Source of the DNA: a bacterium
GTDB lineage: Bacteria > Acidobacteriota > Blastocatellia > HR10
NCBI GenBank assembly: GCA_041640655.1
Contig: JBEPZV010000007.1
Location: 1 to 64,000, forward strand
Direction of reading: 5' to 3'
DNA: 64,000 nucleotides
Made by a program: the position numbers and the translations under genes. Under the pieces are notes generated by a model, which worked only from the letters and a program-made list of their open reading frames with translations, was not told where the DNA came from and did no database searches. Of the stretch, positions 19,041 through 29,362 are shown in pieces (the first letter of the stretch is position 1; every line of letters begins with the position of its first letter).

Positions 19041-20344
19041 GGGATGGACGCGCCGAGCCGTCGCTTGTCCGGGCCATCGGCCGATGGAGTCTCACGGCGC
19101 TGGTCATCAACTCCATCATCGGCAGCGGCATCTTCGGCCTCCCCGCGATCGTCGCCGGATGGCTCGGACCGCTCAGCCCCTTCGCGTATCTCCTCGCCGC
19201 GGCCGGAGTGGGATTGATCATGGCCTGTTTCGCCGAGGTCGCCTCGCGCTTCACGGCGGCCGGAGGCCCGTATCTGTACGCGCGAGAGGCCTTCGGCCCC
19301 CTCCTCGGCGTGCAAATCGGATGGCTGACGTGGCTGGTTCGCATCACCGCCGCGGCGGCGAATGCGAATCTCTTCATCCTCTACCTCGCCGAATTCTGGC
19401 CGCCCGCCGAGGAGCCGATCCCGCGCGCGCTGCTGCTGACGCTGCTTATCGGTGGGCTCGCCCTGGTGAACTATCGCGGCGTGCGCGCCGGCGCCCAGGT
19501 GAGCGACATTTTCGCCATCCTGAAGCTCATCCCCCTCCTTCTCTTCATCGCCGTTGGCCTCTTCTTCACGAAGCCGATAGAGCTTCGCCCTCCTCCTCCC
19601 TCGGCCGATGCCTGGCTGCAGGCCGTGCTTGTGCTCGTCTACGCCTATGGGGGATTTGAGGCTGCGCTTCTGCCGATGGCGGAGGCCAAAGACCCCCGGC
19701 GCGATGCTCCCTTCGCGCTCTTTGTCGCGCTCCTGGTCGTCACCGCGATCTTCACCCTCATTCAGGTGGTCGTCATCGGCACTTTGCCGGAGACCGCGCG
19801 CACGGACCGACCGCTCGCTTCAGCGGCGCGCGTGTTCGCGGGCGCGCTGGGAGCGTGGGTGATCAGCGCGGGGGCGCTCATCTCGGTCTACGGCTACCTC
19901 AGTTCGATGATGTTGAACGCGCCACGGCTGACGTTCGCTCTGGCCGAACGCGGCGATTTCCCCTCCGTCTTCGCGGCCGTGCATCCCCGATTCCGCACGC
20001 CACACATCTCGATTGTGGCCTTCGCCATTTTGACCTGGGGCCTGGCCCTGGCCGGGACGTTCGCCTGGAACGTCCTGCTGTCGGCCGTGGCGCGCCTGTT
20101 CACTTACGCCTCGACCTGCCTGGCGCTGATCGTCTTCAGGAGAAAGTGCGCCGAAGCAGCGGCATTTCGGCTTCCCTGCGGTTCCCTCATCGCCGCGCTC
20201 GCTCTCGCGTTCTCCGCGATCTTAGTGACGCGCATGGGGCGAGGAGAGCTGCTCATCCTCCTGGTGACCTCTCTGCTGGCCCTGGCGAACTGGGCATGGC
20301 GGGTCCACCACGAGCGACGGCGGACGATCGCGCCCGCTCCTTGA
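19037..20344 (+). CDS. APC family amino acid permease
   Basis: INSIIGSGIF, GGPYLY, YGGFE and HPRFRTP; the GTG start overlaps the upstream stop (GTGA). Confidence 0.9.
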   Translation: MRDGRAEPSLVRAIGRWSLTALVINSIIGSGIFGLPAIVAGWLGPLSPFAYLLAAAGVGLIMACFAEVASRFTAAGGPYLYAREAFGPLLGVQIGWLTWLVRITAAAANANLFILYLAEFWPPAEEPIPRALLLTLLIGGLALVNYRGVRAGAQVSDIFAILKLIPLLLFIAVGLFFTKPIELRPPPPSADAWLQAVLVLVYAYGGFEAALLPMAEAKDPRRDAPFALFVALLVVTAIFTLIQVVVIGTLPETARTDRPLASAARVFAGALGAWVISAGALISVYGYLSSMMLNAPRLTFALAERGDFPSVFAAVHPRFRTPHISIVAFAILTWGLALAGTFAWNVLLSAVARLFTYASTCLALIVFRRKCAEAAAFRLPCGSLIAALALAFSAILVTRMGRGELLILLVTSLLALANWAWRVHHERRRTIAPAP

Positions 20345-20365
20345 GAGCGCCGCCCTCCGGCGCGC

Positions 20366-22330
20366 TCACATCATCTCCGGAACTTCAATGCCCAGCAGCT
20401 CCAGCGCGCGCGCCAGGCGCTCGCACACGGCCTCTGTGATGGCGAGGTAGACCTCACGCACGAGCGGATCGCCCTCGCTCAAGATGTGGTAGCTGTGGTA
20501 GAAGGTGTTGAACCGCTGCGCCAACTGAAAGGCGTATTTCGCCAAGATCGCCGGTTCATAATGCTCGCACGCCTGACGAGCGAATTCGCCAAGCCGCGCA
20601 GCCAGATAGAGCACAGCCCATAAGTCGTCATGCTCGTTCAGGAAGCGATTGATCTCCGGGATCTGCTCCGGCCCGAGCGGATGACGCGACAGGCCCGCCT
20701 CCTGAAGCTTCCGAAAGATGCTGCGCGCGCGCACGACGGCATATTGCACATACGGGCCGGTCTCTCCCTCAAAGGAGAGCGCCTCGGTGAAGTCGAACGC
20801 GATGGCCGTCGTCCGGGTGTATTTCAGCAAGAAATAGCGCAAGGCCCCCACGGCGATCTGATGCGCCAGACGTCGAGCCCCCTCTTCCGACAACTCCGGA
20901 TGTCGAGCGCGTACTTCCCACAGGGCCTTCTCTTCGAGCTTATCAATGAGATCATCGGCCTTCACACCGAGGCCGCGCCGCCCAGACATACTGATCTGCT
21001 GCCGCTCCAGCTCCTCCGGCGATAGCGCGATCCCCAACTCCAGGCAAGCGCGCGGCGTCAAGGCCACTTTCTCGTAGGCGATGTGCGCACTGCGCTCAAC
21101 GCGCGGATCCGGCACCAGGGCGCGAACAGCCTCTTTCACGAACTTCTGCAGATACGTCTGCTCCGATCCGATCACGCTCAGATAGGCCGATCCCCGCCCG
21201 AACTCCGGGGGCGCGCCGTCGGCCGTCGCCTCGCTCGTTGTGATCCACGTCGTATGCCCGTTCGGATACCGACGGAAGGGCCGATAGCTGAAGTCCACGC
21301 CGAGGCGCCCGAGCTTCCAGAGGTGATAAGCGATGTCCTTGCCCGTGTAGACGACCGTCCCATCGGAACGGACGAGCACCTTCCCCTCGTCCTCCCGAGC
21401 CCCCGTTTCTTCCTCCGAAGGCAGACGCATCACCCAGCACCCTCGGTTCTTCCCCTCCGTCTCATAGGTGACGAGCCCCGCCCCCTTCAACAGCTCGAAG
21501 GCACGATCCCAGAATTTCAGATGGAGAATCTCGCTCTCGCGAGGGAGCAGGTCGTAGTAAATGCCCAACCGTTCGACCGTGTCCAGCTGATCGTTCAGCA
21601 CGCGCATGGAGATGTACTCGGCGAGTTCGGCTGTCGGATTCCCGCCTTCCTCGATCTCACTGAGCGTTTGACGGCGCAGCTCCAAAGCCTCAGGATTTTC
21701 TTCATACCAGGCCGTCACCCGAGCGTATAAATCCCAGCAATAGTGATCGAATTTCCCCGGGATCGCCTCGATCTCCGCCCGGTCCTTCTTCTCCAGATAT
21801 TTGAATCCGACGACGACGTCGGCCACCTGAACCCCCGTGTTGTCAATGTAGTTGTGGACTTCGACGCGCGCGCCGCTCCACCGCAATAACCGAACCAGAG
21901 CATCGCCGAGCACGGCATTTCGGAGGTGGCCAATATGCGCCGCCTTATTCGGATTGATGCTCGTATGTTCGACGATGATCTTCTCCCCGGATGGCTCCGG
22001 TGCGGCCTCCGGCTGTCGAAGGCCGAGCAAGAGCCGCGCGCGATCGAGGAAAACGTTGAGATATCCGGCCCCGGCGACCTCAATGCGGGCGACCCCCTCC
22101 ATCGGCGGGAACTCGGCTGCGATCGCTTCAGCCAGAGCGCGCGGATTGTACTTCTGCCCCGTTCGCTGGCGCAGCCACTGGGCGAGTTGAAAAGCGATGG
22201 GAAAAGCCAGGTCGCCCAGTTCGACCTGCGGTGGAACTTCAACGGCGATCTCCTCCACCGTCAAATCGAACCGCCGCTGCACGCACTGCCGCAGATGGCG
22301 CACAATATGTTCTCGCAGTCGCTCCAGCAT
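20366..22330 (-). CDS. argS: Arginine--tRNA ligase
   Basis: EHTSINPNKAAHIGHLRN (HIGH motif), MSGRRG, GETGPYVQYA and the DALR-type C-terminal domain. Confidence 0.96.
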   Translation of the reverse strand: MLERLREHIVRHLRQCVQRRFDLTVEEIAVEVPPQVELGDLAFPIAFQLAQWLRQRTGQKYNPRALAEAIAAEFPPMEGVARIEVAGAGYLNVFLDRARLLLGLRQPEAAPEPSGEKIIVEHTSINPNKAAHIGHLRNAVLGDALVRLLRWSGARVEVHNYIDNTGVQVADVVVGFKYLEKKDRAEIEAIPGKFDHYCWDLYARVTAWYEENPEALELRRQTLSEIEEGGNPTAELAEYISMRVLNDQLDTVERLGIYYDLLPRESEILHLKFWDRAFELLKGAGLVTYETEGKNRGCWVMRLPSEEETGAREDEGKVLVRSDGTVVYTGKDIAYHLWKLGRLGVDFSYRPFRRYPNGHTTWITTSEATADGAPPEFGRGSAYLSVIGSEQTYLQKFVKEAVRALVPDPRVERSAHIAYEKVALTPRACLELGIALSPEELERQQISMSGRRGLGVKADDLIDKLEEKALWEVRARHPELSEEGARRLAHQIAVGALRYFLLKYTRTTAIAFDFTEALSFEGETGPYVQYAVVRARSIFRKLQEAGLSRHPLGPEQIPEINRFLNEHDDLWAVLYLAARLGEFARQACEHYEPAILAKYAFQLAQRFNTFYHSYHILSEGDPLVREVYLAITEAVCERLARALELLGIEVPEMM

Positions 22331-22441
22331 ATGCCTTATCTGCCGCAATGTCCTTCAATCTATAGCATCCCCGCGAAGCTTCCGTCAAACTCCAGGTGTT
22401 CACAGGTGCGCCGACAATCGGCTCTTCGACTCTCCACCACC

Positions 22442-22470
22442 TTGCCAAACGCCCGCACTTCCTGTAATAT
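22442..22470 (+). promoter_or_regulatory. Putative sigma70 promoter of hfq
   Basis: TTGCCA-17 nt-TAATAT. Confidence 0.6.
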
Positions 22471-22535
22471 TTGCTCAGCTTGCTCTCCCCAATGGAATTT
22501 GGGATGGAGAAAAACACGATTCGGAGGGTACGTTT

Positions 22536-22889
22536 GTGACCAAAAAGACAGTGCGGACGACATACACGGACGTCAACACTCGAGGTCTCTATGACCCGAA
22601 TAATCTGACGCGCACGCAGACGGTGCAGCCGCAGCCGAAAAAGCGCGTGCCGCCCGAACAGACCCATGCGGAGAATTACTACTATCGGAAGCAGATGGAG
22701 GCCAAGACCCCGATGGTCGTTGTCCTGACCGACGGGGAGGTCCTTCGGGGCACGATCGAATGGTACGATAAAAACTGCATCAAGCTGCACCGAAATGGGG
22801 AGCCCAACTTGCTCATCTTCAAACACGCGATCAAGTATCTGTACAAGGACCTGCCGCCCTCCGAAGCGGGGACCTCTACGGAGGAATAG
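22536..22889 (+). CDS. hfq: Hfq/Sm-like RNA chaperone (divergent)
   Basis: Sm1-like VVLTDGEVLRGTIEWYD and Sm2 LLIFKHAI; GTG start after SD GGAGGG. Confidence 0.8.
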   Translation: MTKKTVRTTYTDVNTRGLYDPNNLTRTQTVQPQPKKRVPPEQTHAENYYYRKQMEAKTPMVVVLTDGEVLRGTIEWYDKNCIKLHRNGEPNLLIFKHAIKYLYKDLPPSEAGTSTEE

Positions 22890-22957
22890 ATGTCCGATCG
22901 CCCGATGCGATGCTCCAGGGGAATCCCCGTGCGGAGCGCTTCAGCAGGGATCTCCTG

Positions 22958-23683
22958 CTACTCGATGATCTCAATCCCGACAAGCCTCTGGAACTCCGGA
23001 TTCGCGTAGAGGGGAAGGAAGTCGGGGTCCCGACGGGCATGCAGGCGATACGTCTCGCGCATAGCGATGGCCTGGCGCAGTGTCGCAATGGCCTTCTCGA
23101 CCTGCCCACTTCGAGCATACGCAGCGGCCAGGGCGTAAACCGCATGATCGGCGCGAGGATCGAGCTTGAGCGCTTTCTCGAAGTAGGTGATGGCCGGAGC
23201 GATATGCCCTCGATTCAGCTCGATGACCCCACGATCATAGAGCGCCTCGGCCGTTCGCGGCACGGGACGAGGCGTCTGCAGCTTCTGTTGGCAGATGGCC
23301 AGATAAGCGCGGGCGCGCGCCAGAACTTCAGCCTCCGTGGGGAAGCGCTCGATCACAGCCTGAAAAGCTTCGCGCGCCCGCTCGAACTCCTGGCGATTGA
23401 AGAGCCGGACGGCCTGCTCGAACGCACGCACAGCCGGAGAGGCTGGTGCCCGTTCCAAAACCATGACCGATGACCGGTTTGCCCGCACTGCCTTCTTCTT
23501 AGAAGAGGCTCCCTGGGAAGCTCGACGGCCCGCTGCCCGAGCTTCCTGACGAGACTTCGCCCCCCCACCAGCTTGGGTCTTAGTCTTCCCCCGCCGAGCT
23601 GCCTTTTTTCGGGAAGCTGCCGAAGTCGAAGCAGGGGTGCCAAGGGATTTTGATTTTTTCGCTGTCCGAACGGTCCTGGCCAC
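22958..23683 (-). CDS. TPR repeat protein with a basic low-complexity N-terminus
   Basis: TPR helices, ARRDPDF C-terminal motif and a K/R/A/S-rich first ~70 aa. Start is GTG 23683 (after GGAGAAGG) or ATG 23728. Confidence 0.8.
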   Translation of the reverse strand: MARTVRTAKKSKSLGTPASTSAASRKKAARRGKTKTQAGGGAKSRQEARAAGRRASQGASSKKKAVRANRSSVMVLERAPASPAVRAFEQAVRLFNRQEFERAREAFQAVIERFPTEAEVLARARAYLAICQQKLQTPRPVPRTAEALYDRGVIELNRGHIAPAITYFEKALKLDPRADHAVYALAAAYARSGQVEKAIATLRQAIAMRETYRLHARRDPDFLPLYANPEFQRLVGIEIIE

Positions 23684-23815
23684 CGAATCCCGCCTTCTCC
23701 GTCGTGACGCGCTAACTTGAGACGACATTTGAAGTTATCAAAAGAGACCGCCCCTCGTCAAGACGAAGCCAGAGCGACGATCCGTGTCGGCGCCTCCCGC
23801 AGGACGAGCCCCCCG

Positions 23816-24019
23816 CTACTGAATCTCCACTCTCTCGACACTGCCCTCCGACTCCGGCTTGAGCCAACTCTCGATGTCCTCGATCGCGGCATCCAAGAGC
23901 GAGCGCACGGCCAACAGCGTCTCCTTCTGCGCATTCACCAAGTGCTCCAAGGTCGGTCGGGGCACGCCCAAAGTCTGCAAGGTCTCACATACCTTACGGC
24001 CAACGGTTCGGAAGATCAT
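23816..24019 (-). CDS. Small helical hypothetical protein (67 aa)
   Basis: [29 protein letters not shown] helix; C-terminus VERVEIQ. Confidence 0.6.
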   Translation of the reverse strand: MIFRTVGRKVCETLQTLGVPRPTLEHLVNAQKETLLAVRSLLDAAIEDIESWLKPESEGSVERVEIQ

Positions 24020-24071
24020 GTTCGAAGCTCCTACAGAAAAGGCCACTTTTTTTGAAGAGGGGGAAAAGACA

Positions 24072-24156
<85 letters not shown>

Positions 24157-24231
24157 ACCCTTTTGCCAGCGTCCTCCACAAAGTGCAGTAAAACCTTACA
24201 CCAACTCCGGCCTATTTTCAAGACCCCGCCC

Positions 24232-24555
24232 TCACTTTTGCGGGGCCGAGGGGGAGGGCGGAGTCTCGGCGGGCCGTTGCACGGGCGCAGGTTCCTTCAC
24301 CTCACGCACGACCGAAGCCGGGCCGAAGACATTGGGGAGGCTAAAGATAAGCCCCAAGCCCATGAAGATCGCCGCCGTCACGATCGTCACCCATCCCAAG
24401 AAATGCTGGGCTCCCCGCGGGCCGAAAGCCGTCTGGCTCCCTCCCCCTCCGAAGAGCGCAGCGGCATCGGCCTTCCCGGGTTGAAGCAGGACGGCCGCGA
24501 TCAACAGCACACAGTCAAGGACGTACACAGCGACCAAAACGTCTATCCACCACAC
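24232..24555 (-). CDS. secG: Preprotein translocase subunit SecG
   Basis: VLLQPGKADAAALFGGGGSQTAFG, two TM segments, tpiA-secG-tRNA-Leu synteny. Confidence 0.93.
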   Translation of the reverse strand: MWWIDVLVAVYVLDCVLLIAAVLLQPGKADAAALFGGGGSQTAFGPRGAQHFLGWVTIVTAAIFMGLGLIFSLPNVFGPASVVREVKEPAPVQRPAETPPSPSAPQK

Positions 24556-24567
24556 GGCCTTCTCTCC

Positions 24568-25323
24568 TCAGCGATACCGGACGATCTCCGAGAAACTTCG
24601 GGGATCTAAACTCGCCCCTCCGACCAACGCCCCATCAATATCGGGCTCGGCCATGAGCGAGCGAATGTTATCGGGTCGAACGCTCCCCCCGTAGAGGATT
24701 CTCAATCCATCGGCGACCTCCCGCCCAAGGAGCGACGCCGCGCGCTGTCGAATGCAGGCGTGCATGGCCTGCGCTTGCGCAGGTGAGGCCGTGCGCCCCG
24801 TCCCGATGGCCCAGACCGGTTCGTACGCGATGAGCAGACGGGATACTTCCCCGGAACTCAACCCACTCAATGCCGCCTCCACCTGCCGTGTGACGACAGC
24901 TTCCGCTCGGCCCGCATCCCGCTCTTCGAGCGTCTCGCCCACGCAGACGATGGGCTTCAGGCCCGCTTCAAGCGCCGCGCCGATCTTCCGTCGCACCAGT
25001 TCATCGGTCTCCCCATAGAACTGCCGTCGCTCGGAATGGCCGATGATGACGTATTCGCAGCCGACATCGCGAAGCATGAGGGCGCTGATCTCGCCCGTTC
25101 GTGCGCCGAACCCATTGACATCACACACGTCCTGAGCGGCGACCGCGATGTTGCTCCCCTCAAGCTGCTGAGCGACGGCCCAAAGCGCGGTGAACGGTGG
25201 AGCGACGACGATCTCACAATGGGTGACCTGAGCAACGAGCGGCTTCAGGTCCGCAACCGTCTGAATGGCCTCCGCGATGAGCTTATGCATCTTCCAGTTC
25301 CCCGCGATCACCGGCCTTCGCAT
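24568..25323 (-). CDS. tpiA: Triosephosphate isomerase
   Basis: [31 protein letters not shown] and LVGGASL. Confidence 0.97.
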   Translation of the reverse strand: MRRPVIAGNWKMHKLIAEAIQTVADLKPLVAQVTHCEIVVAPPFTALWAVAQQLEGSNIAVAAQDVCDVNGFGARTGEISALMLRDVGCEYVIIGHSERRQFYGETDELVRRKIGAALEAGLKPIVCVGETLEERDAGRAEAVVTRQVEAALSGLSSGEVSRLLIAYEPVWAIGTGRTASPAQAQAMHACIRQRAASLLGREVADGLRILYGGSVRPDNIRSLMAEPDIDGALVGGASLDPRSFSEIVRYR

Positions 25324-25334
25324 TCCCATCTCCT

Positions 25335-26522
25335 TCATCCCTTCTCGGTCAGTGCTCTCACCCCCGGCAGCTCGATTCCCGCTAGGAATTCGAGCGTCGC
25401 TCCCCCACCGGTCGAGAGATGCGTGATCCGCCCGGCCACTCCCGCCTGTCGCACGGCGGCGAGCGAATCTCCGCCGCCGACGACCGTCACTCCTGAACAC
25501 TCCGCCACAGCGCGCGCAATCGCCACCGTCCCGCGATCGAATGGCGGCTGCTCGAAGACGCCCAGAGGCCCGTTCCAGAAGACGGTGCGCGCCCGGGCGA
25601 TCTTCGCAGCGAAGAGACGCGTAGTCTCCGGCCCGATGTCCATCCCCACGGCCTCCTCCGGAAACTCCTCCGTTCGCACGACACGCACCTGCGTCTCTCC
25701 GTCCGTGCGCTCGAGGACGACGTGATCCACCGGCAGATGGAAGGCGACAGATCGCGTCTCGGCCTCGGTCATGAGCTTCCGCGCCAGCTCCAATTGATCG
25801 CTCTCCACGCGCGAAGCCCCGACTTCCTCTCCCTTCGCCCGCAAGAAGGTATACGCCATAGCGCCGCCGATGAGTACGGCATCGGCGCGTGCCAGCAAGT
25901 TCTCGATGACCAGAATCTTGTCCGAGACTTTCGCCCCTCCGAGGATGACGACGAAGGGACGCTCCGGCTCGGTGAGCAATCGCCCCAGATACTCCAGCTC
26001 CCGCTCCATGAGGAACCCGGCCGCGGCGAGGCTCACAAACCGCGTGATCCCTTCGATCGAAGCGTGGGCGCGATGAGCTGCTCCGAACGCATCGTTCACG
26101 TAGAGATCGGCCAAGAGCGCGAGCTGGCGCGCGAACTCCGGATCGTTCTGCTCCTCGCCCGGATGAAACCGGAGATTCTCCAAGAGGAGCACCTGTCCCT
26201 CCGCCAACCGGTCCACCAGCGCCATGACCTCTGCGCCGATGCAATCGGGCGCCAGAGGAACGTCTTGCCCCAGAAGCTCGGCGAGTTTCTGCGCGACCGG
26301 CTGCAGCGAATACTTCGGATCCCGCTTCCCCTTGGGGCGCCCCAGATGAGAAGCCAGAACGACGCGCGCGCCTCGGTCCAGCGCGTACTGAATCGTAGGT
26401 AGCGCGGCCTCAATCCTCCATGCCTCGATGACCTGCCCCTTCTCGATCGGGACATTGAAATCCACACGGAGGAAGACTCGCTTCCCCTGAAGTTCCACGT
26501 CGCGGATCGAGAGCTTGGCCAT
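25335..26522 (-). CDS. pgk: Phosphoglycerate kinase
   Basis: [28 protein letters not shown] and STGGGA. Confidence 0.98.
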   Translation of the reverse strand: MAKLSIRDVELQGKRVFLRVDFNVPIEKGQVIEAWRIEAALPTIQYALDRGARVVLASHLGRPKGKRDPKYSLQPVAQKLAELLGQDVPLAPDCIGAEVMALVDRLAEGQVLLLENLRFHPGEEQNDPEFARQLALLADLYVNDAFGAAHRAHASIEGITRFVSLAAAGFLMERELEYLGRLLTEPERPFVVILGGAKVSDKILVIENLLARADAVLIGGAMAYTFLRAKGEEVGASRVESDQLELARKLMTEAETRSVAFHLPVDHVVLERTDGETQVRVVRTEEFPEEAVGMDIGPETTRLFAAKIARARTVFWNGPLGVFEQPPFDRGTVAIARAVAECSGVTVVGGGDSLAAVRQAGVAGRITHLSTGGGATLEFLAGIELPGVRALTEKG

Positions 26523-26525
26523 ACG

Positions 26526-27560
<1,035 letters not shown>

Positions 27561-27667
27561 TCACCGAGCAATTATAGGAGAACCCCCATCCGATGGAAAG
27601 GCTCTCGCGCGAGCCGCCGTCTTGTCCGAACGCATCCTCCCGTGCTATCGTGGAGTGTTATCGCGCT

Positions 27668-29353
27668 ATGCCGATGGGTGGGAGAGCGACATTCGAGCGG
27701 TTGGTCGAGGAGTTCCTGAGCGGATATTTCGCCTTCAATCCCACGCACGCGACGGCCCTGGGCCTACACGAATATGATGATCGGTTGGAGGATCGGTCGG
27801 CCGAGGCCATCGCCGCGGAGATCCGCCGCTTGGAGGCGTTCCGCGAACGACTGGATCGAGAGGTCGCGCCCGAAGCGCTGCCCCGGGAGGCGCGGTGGGA
27901 CCTGGCCATCCTCCGATCGGAGATCGAGGCCCAACTTCTGCATCTGCGCGAGATTCGGTGGTGGGCGCGCGATCCGAGCTATTTCAGCGATCTGGCCTCT
28001 TGGTCGGTCTACAGCCTCCTGGTGAGACCGACGGCGCCACTGCCGAGACGCCTGGACGCCATCGAGCGACGCCTTCGCGCTGTCCCGCGGCTCCTGGCCC
28101 AGGCGCGGGAGCACCTCGCGCGCACGGTGGAGGAATCGCGCGAAACGCCCTCGCTCGGCCTCCCGAAAATCTTCGTCCAAATCGCCCAGCACGAATTCGA
28201 GGGCGCGCGCGAGTTCTTCGCCACGGCCGTCCCGAGCGCCCTCGCTGGACTGGCCGACCCGGAGCGGGCCCGCTCGCTCGAAGAGGCCCAGGCCGACGCT
28301 CTGCACGCTTGCGCGGACATGTGCCGGTTCCTCGCAGAGGAGCTTCTGGAGCGGGCCAGCGGAGAATTCGCCCTCGGCGCGGAGACCTTCGCCCGCCTGC
28401 TCGCGGCGGAGGAACAGGTGACCACGCCGCTCGAACAGATTCTGGAGCGCGGATGGCGCGAGCTACGGGCGACGCAGCACCACATGCATGAGATCGCGCA
28501 TCGGATCGCCCCGACTCGCTCGCTCCCCGATCTGCTGCATGACTTGTCCCAAGAGCATCCGACGGCCGAGGACTTGATCCCCTCGTATCGCCGGCGCTGC
28601 GAGGAGGTGAGACGCTTCGTTCTGGAGCGCGATCTCGTCACCCTGCCTGAGGGCGACTGGTTGGAGGTCACTGAGACGCCGCCCTTCTCCCGCAGCCTCA
28701 TCTTCGCTGCCCTCGATCCACCCGGTCCCTTCGAATCCCAGGCGCACCCGACGTTCTTCTACGTCACCCCGGTAGATCCGGCGCAGCCGGCTGAACATCA
28801 AAGTGCCTACTTGCGCGCTCACAATGCCTACGCCCAGATCGCGACGATCATCCACGAGGCGTATCCCGGCCACCACGTCCAATCCCTGCACTTGAAGCGG
28901 TGCCCCTCAATCGTGAGGCGCGTGTTCGCCGCAGGAACGTTCGTCGAAGGGTGGGCGCACTATTGCGAGCAGATGGTGCTGGACGAGGGATTCGGGGGCG
29001 AAGATGTGAAGCTCCGACTCTTCCAACTCTACGAAGCCCTCTGGCGCATCGGCCGCTTGATCGTCGCGACGCGGATGCACCTGGGAGAACTCTCCCTCTC
29101 AGAGGCGATAGACTTCCTCGTGCGGGAATGCTATCAAGAGCCGGAGAACGCGCGGCGCGAGGTCTGGCGCTACACGCGCGATCCGCTCGTGCTCGTCTAT
29201 TCGTGGGGGAAATGGCAGATTCAGGCCCTCCGCGAGGAATACCGTCGCGCTCGCGGAGATGCCTTCTCGCTCAAGGATTTCCACGATCGCGTGCTGGGAC
29301 AGGGGGAGCCCCCCGTGAGCGCCTTGCGCTCGATCATTCTCGAGAGCGTGTGA
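27668..29353 (+). CDS. DUF885 family protein (putative zinc metalloprotein)
   Basis: NPTHATALG, HEAYPGHHVQ, FVEGWAHYCE and FSLKDFHDRVL. Confidence 0.9.
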   Translation: MPMGGRATFERLVEEFLSGYFAFNPTHATALGLHEYDDRLEDRSAEAIAAEIRRLEAFRERLDREVAPEALPREARWDLAILRSEIEAQLLHLREIRWWARDPSYFSDLASWSVYSLLVRPTAPLPRRLDAIERRLRAVPRLLAQAREHLARTVEESRETPSLGLPKIFVQIAQHEFEGAREFFATAVPSALAGLADPERARSLEEAQADALHACADMCRFLAEELLERASGEFALGAETFARLLAAEEQVTTPLEQILERGWRELRATQHHMHEIAHRIAPTRSLPDLLHDLSQEHPTAEDLIPSYRRRCEEVRRFVLERDLVTLPEGDWLEVTETPPFSRSLIFAALDPPGPFESQAHPTFFYVTPVDPAQPAEHQSAYLRAHNAYAQIATIIHEAYPGHHVQSLHLKRCPSIVRRVFAAGTFVEGWAHYCEQMVLDEGFGGEDVKLRLFQLYEALWRIGRLIVATRMHLGELSLSEAIDFLVRECYQEPENARREVWRYTRDPLVLVYSWGKWQIQALREEYRRARGDAFSLKDFHDRVLGQGEPPVSALRSIILESV

Positions 29354-29362
29354 GGGAGCCCT

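Noticed and set aside
24568..26244. Thermotoga-like Pgk-Tpi fusion by -1 frameshift (the tpi frame is open about 300 codons into pgk)
   Set aside because: The junction G AAG GGA TGA is not a canonical slippery heptamer or A-run, tpiA has its own SD (GAAGGAG), and long open alternate frames are common at this GC.
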